This document shows, one piece after another, positions 58,396 to 64,000 of a DNA stretch of 64,000 nt. The notes below the pieces were generated by a model. The model made no database searches and was not told where the DNA came from. It saw nothing but the letters and a program-made list of their open reading frames with translations. This DNA comes from Eledone cirrhosa. Taxonomy: Eukaryota. The stretch covers positions 34,410,001 through 34,474,000 of the forward strand of contig OZ024751.1 of NCBI GenBank assembly GCA_964016885.1, given 5' to 3'. The position numbers and the translations under genes are program-made. Position 1 is the stretch's first letter. Each line of letters begins with the position of its first letter.

Positions 58396-60850
58396 GTCTG
58401 TAATACCTTTTCCAGTATACAGGTGTGAATGTCTCTCTATATATACAATCGTGTGTGTATGTATGTATGTGTATATGTGTGTCTGCAAGTGTATGTATGC
58501 GTATATATCATACATACATTTCCACATCTATATCAAATATATCTATTTATAATTTGATATAATTGTGTAGATATAAAGAAGGTAAATAAATAAATACAGA
58601 ACTAATGGTATAGAAATATGTATTCCTGATTGATTTAGACACTATGGTTAAACGAGGGAGATACTTGGATGATATGTAATATTGTGTGAAATACTGTAAA
58701 TGGACTCTATTAATGTGGACTGGAAAATATAACATCAATGTCTTTTGGCGTTTGAGTCTTCTTTGTACCGGGTACGTGTACATAGACTTATGCTTGTCTT
58801 TATGTATATATGTAAATGTGTATGTATCTATGTATGTATGTGTGTATGTATGTACGTGCGCGTATGTAAGTATATGTGAGTATGTATGTATGCATATGTA
58901 TATGTGAGTATGTATGCATATGTATATGTGAGTATGTATGTATGTATATGTATATGTGAGTATGTATGTATGCATATATATATATGTGTGTGTGTGGATG
59001 TATATATTTATGTGCGTGTGTGTGTATGTGTGTGTCGCTGTGTGTGTGTGATTTCATTAAGTGCCCTAGTAATCAGAAACACGCAACATTGGACTCTACT
59101 TCCAAAACGTTAAGAGGTTTAATTCTGCTGAGGAGGTGTTCATGCCTCACCCACCTCACCAAAACAGACATGAACCAACAACGATAACAACAACAATTAT
59201 GATAATGTAGGGGTCTCTATCTTTGCTGGTTGACCTTTAAGAAATAGCAGCTACATTTCTCTCGTATTAACAATAGTCCTCATCTTTAGGAAGGATCCCA
59301 CCGTATTAGATAATGTTTAACCTCGTTAAAAAGACATGATGGCCATAGACGGATTGTCTTTAATCATAGATTTACATAATCAATAAATTACAAAACTGAA
59401 ATGAAAAAATGAATTCCAATATTTCTGTTTTCATCGTCATCATCATCATTACTATTACCATCATCATCATTACCATCATCAACATCATCGTTACCATTAA
59501 CACCACCATCATCATCATCGTTACCATTAACACCGTCATCATCATCATTATAATCAACATCATACTGATCATCATTATTGTGTTTTGTAAGAATCTTTGG
59601 CGATATTCTTCTTGCTATCTTTAGGATTACAGACGAGACAAAATGACGACCACTATAAAGAATTATTTGGTTTTGTGGCAAGTGACAGCACCAGCAGCAC
59701 CATCAGCAGCAGTAGCATCACCCCCAGCAGCAGTAGCAGAGCAGCACGAGAAAACCTTTTCGATTTTCTGTAGAATGCAGAAAACCATATGGCGTATAGC
59801 TCGGCATCACTTCAATTATAGCTATAATATACTTGTAGAACTACTTCTTAGAATCTTAAAGACTATTCCATTCCTCTATCTACCATTTTGGTTGCTTAAC
59901 ACACAACGTGCCTTATGTCTGGGGTTTCTTTAACTGCCGACAATTGGTAGAGTGTTTATAGCATCAAATTAAACACTCTGGATGGTTTGTTCAGACTCCT
60001 TGATCTCTGAGTTCACATCTAACTGAGGTCAGTCACCATTAGAGATCGATACCTATCCAGAGATCGATACCTATCCACAGAGAGAGAGAGAGAAAGAGAG
60101 AGATTGGTGTAATCGTTAAAGAGCATCTCTTCTAGAGCTGTGTTTTCTGAGTTCAAATCTGTCCTCTGTCACGGGAAAATGTCTGGTAGTTTCCATAACA
60201 TGCGACTAACATGCAGTATTAGTCATTTGAAGATCAAGGAAAGATCTGATGGTTAGATCCTTTCATTTTATTTTCTGTTTCTCGTTTTACTTAAGTATGA
60301 ATTTATCTGAAGGGTATATATTATCGCCTGTCTAACCTGCTAGAGGTAGCAGCCACATATCCGTTTGCATCACATCGTCAATTATTATCGTTATGGGTTG
60401 TCTCCTCATTTTTGTCACTACCACAATCATCATCATCTCATTATCGTCATTACTCTCATCATCATCATCATCATCATCATCGTCTTTACTATCATCATCA
60501 TCATCGTCTTTACTATCATCATCATCGTCTTCATCGTCATCATCATCATCACCATGTCCATGGAGGGACACATATAAAGAAGTAATGCAGTTCTATATAC
60601 AGGATTTATGAAAAAAAAGTTCGATGGGTTTGTCATAGCTGGAACACATTCCCTCATAGCTATTTTAGTACAAATCGAATACGGAAATACCAGTTTCGAT
60701 TATCAACACTGTCAGTTGAATAGGTTATCCAACAATCTAGCAATTCAATCAAAAGAACTTTCTGGTAATACATGGAGGTCCAACTTCAATCCGCCCTACC
60801 TTTCGACCTGTAATTCCTGATGGAACCGTGGGGGTACTTTAAACCTGGTT

Positions 60851-61758
60851 TCAATATTTTGGCTAGGAGTAGAGCAGGCTTCACTCTCAAGAATTGACCA
60901 TAAAGAAAAATCGAGAGGGTTGAGATCTGGTGATGTGGGAGGCCACTCTTCCTTACTGATGCATGCAGGACAATGGTCTCTACACCACTGTTGTGTTACG
61001 CGAGCAGTGTGGCTCGTCGCTTCATCTTGTTGGAGAGTCCAAATGTGATCGCCATAAACAGATGAGCACCACGGCATCAGTGCTCCTTCCAAAATATCCT
61101 TCATGTAAAGTTCTTTGTTAATTTTAACTCCTTGAGGCACAAAAATCAGAGGAGACTTCCCTCTTTCAGAAATGGCTGCCCAAACCATCACTGATGCTGG
61201 TTTCTGGGTTCAGAACACTTTTCCAACACTTGAAGGAATTGATTTGAGACTTTCTGCAAGTACTTCATCATTTTGATGATTGTGAGACTGCTGCACAGTG
61301 AATAACTTCTCATCTGTAAAGATGATGTTTTGCAGCGTGCCATCCTTGATACGGTTCAATAACAGTTTACTTCTGGAGAGCCTCTTTTCAATTGTGGCTG
61401 CAGAAAGAAGCTGCCTCTTTTGGAACTTATAGGGTGACGTCCCCAGATCATCTCGACATATCCTCCGCATAGTTCTCAGCGATGTTTCTGCTTCTTCTGC
61501 CATTTTTTCATGGATCTTCTTGGATTACACCTTAATTTTTTCCCTCACACTATTAACGAGTTTTGGCGTTCTTGAGGTACGAATGCGTCCGGGTCGAAGT
61601 CTGTCTTTGGTCGAGGAAGTTTCCTTAAATCGATCGATTGTCCTTTTGATCAACATTCTATTGATCTTAAGAGTTTTCCCCAGTTTAAATATCTCGGGTG
61701 GAGTCAGGCCTTTTTCATGCTTCTCTATTATGAACTTTCTTTTCAATTCTATAGACAT
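60851..61758 (-). pseudogene. DD37D transposase pseudogene
   Basis: HTH region with RPGRIRT; IIFTDEKLF; VMVWAAIS; QQD-(37 aa)-D ending in SPDLNPLD; a +1/-1 indel pair near 61505-61530 and a TGA at 61210-61212. Confidence 0.9.
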
Positions 61759-61903
61759 TGCAAATTGTTAATGGCGTAATGTTCTGAAAAATAGTTAATA
61801 TGGTTATAGTGCATGGATTTGATACAAATATATTAGTTATATTAGCAACATAATGTATTTTTAAAATTGATTTAAAACTTTGTAACAAGAATTATGCCCC
61901 ACC

Positions 61904-61906
<3 letters not shown>
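60851..61906 (-). mobile_element. Tc1/mariner superfamily DD37D (maT-type) transposon, 3'-truncated
   Basis: 5' end CAGGGTGGGGCATAATTC starts at 61906 next to TA/(TA)n; transposase downstream; no matching second TIR found. Confidence 0.85.
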
Positions 61907-62000
<94 letters not shown>

Positions 62001-62340
62001 GTATATATTTCCGTCTAAGTGAATTATGTCACATATTTTGTAAACTATTTCTCTATAACCATGAAAACAAATTCGATGAAGCTTCTTAATTTCTCATAAA
62101 TTTAAAATTCCGCTTATCGTTTCTAAAGCAAACCTTCGTAAGTTCATTTCTAGCTATATATGTATAGTTGCAAATTGGCAGAGAATATTGTGACAGTCAC
62201 ATTGGGTTAAGGGCAACATATCAACCTGGCATGCATAAATGTGAGGGTTTGAGTCCCAATTGTGTCAATATACATTATCCGTTGGTGTCAGGGGACAATA
62301 TGCCCTATTAGTTAAACTGTTGCATTATTGGCCTAAATAT

Positions 62341-62518
62341 GTGGGTGGATTGGCAGTATCGGTAGAGGGTCGGACGCCGTGCTTTGACGCATAGAGTTAC
62401 GTCCCTTGCCATTCTGAGTTCAAATCCCGCCGAGGTTAACTTTGCCTTTCGGGGTCGATGAAATAAAGTACCAGTAATACACTGGATAATTGCTGGCCTT
62501 GTGCCTAAAGTAGAAACA
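62341..62518 (+). mobile_element. tRNA-derived SINE (family 1) with target-site duplication
   Basis: A-box-like TGGCAGTATCGG, B-box GAGTTCAAATCC; ATTATTGGCCTAAA at 62324-62337 and 62519-62532. Confidence 0.93.
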
Positions 62519-62819
62519 ATTATTGGCCTAAACATACGAAGCAGCCTTTTACTTTCTACTTTGTTATATATATATATGTACATACATGCATACATACATA
62601 CATACATACATACATACATACATACATACATACATACATACATACATACATACATACATGTGCCTGTGTGTGTGTGTGACTCCATAACAATACGATAGAC
62701 TGAGTTGGTGTTAAACCCAACAAACCTTAAGTATCTGCATATGACATTGTTGTAACTGACTATATACAGGTTTAGTGATATGTTTGTCTGTTTACATGTT
62801 TATATATGTAGACAGGTAG

Positions 62820-62874
<55 letters not shown>

Positions 62875-64000
62875 TTTGTTTGTGTATGAATAAATGTATA
62901 TGTCCCTTCCCCTGACACGTATGTTAGCTAGTTGAACTCTCGTTATATATATATCCCAGAGATACCAGGTTTCACCACAGAGAGACATGTGACGTTTCAC
63001 GACCTTACTATGTCTTTATAGAATTTCACCTAGTTGCTACCTTTGGAGCTGTTTGCTATATTTTAGACAACTTAAATTATTTTCGGGAGCTACAATCCTC
63101 TACTATATTATTTTATTTTAGAAGTTTACGTTAAAGAGAAATTTGGACAATCAATAAAATTTATAGAGAAATATATGGTGTATTCTGAGATACTTTGATT
63201 CATAGCTTGTCATGCACGCATTCATAGTATCGATCATTTAGGAGAACTTATTAATGGTGTAGTTCCTTCATCATTAATTGCAGCTGATTTGAATCTACAT
63301 TGAACTATATGTATGACACTTATAAAAAATATATTATTGCTTCATCCATAGTGAAAGAAGAAATTGAAAACATAAGTAATAGTTTTCCTTCATTTCCGAC
63401 ACCGCAACTCGTGAAAACTTCTAGGGGTGGGAGGTTGATTCTCCTATAAATGACAAAATTAAATTTGTAATACAGGTTATAGGGTAAAATTCTGTTACAA
63501 AACTCGCTGATGAAATGTTGCATCAAGCTGTGAAAAATTGAGTAATGTGGAAATGTATATGAAACCCGGGTGGAACAGGACATTTATTTGGTCTTAATGA
63601 TTCTCTCTCCACGTTAATGAAGTAGCCACTCTAAACTTGAAAGATGCAGTTCTCAGCATTTAGCATACTCCCATCTCACCGTAGAATTACCTTCCAAAAT
63701 TGACACTATTTGATAAGAGTAGCTTACGTCTATTTCAGCAGATTAGTGCTAGAAATATATAAATTAATAAAGAATGGTGAGGAACCATTGCATATTTTAG
63801 TCGCCAGATAACTGTGTAAGAAAACATTCTTCACTAGTTGAATGAATTAAAATTACATTTTCAAATGACATCTGCTAGCTGCGACAAATATTATGGAAGT
63901 AAATTGCATGCTATATACTTAGATCCAGCTAATAACAATTATTTAACATTTATGAGGCCTGTATTTCTGGAATGAATTGGGAAAAATGTTAATCTGCTGT

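Overview
Eukaryotic, very AT-rich, microsatellite-saturated DNA. The (TA)n/(CA)n density, SINE types and TTAGGG motifs suggest an octopus-like cephalopod (inference). Nearly all ORFs in the supplied track are translations of simple repeats. The main feature is a young 12.6-kb Penelope-like element (PLE) insertion (3585-16240) inside a (TA)n tract. It has an intact RT + C-terminal GIY-YIG ORF (minus strand, Hydra-clade-like motifs), a ~3.3-kb microsatellite-laden 3' region present three times (two direct, one inverted), and three copies of a type I hammerhead ribozyme (HHR) with a ~116-nt stem II. Several other small HHR-bearing or hairpin-ended elements also sit in (TA)n tracts: a solo HHR (16990-17091), a 648-bp partial tandem with a type III-like HHR (29132-30072), and two ~195-bp elements whose end is a ~55-bp foldback that has replaced half of an HHR core (30101-30296, 34380-34572). 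Also present: a DD37D (maT-type) transposase pseudogene, L1/Tx1 and R4/Dong LINE fragments, many tRNA-derived SINEs, minisatellites, and a candidate signal-peptide first exon of a host gene. All RNA structures were paired by eye; nothing was computed or searched.
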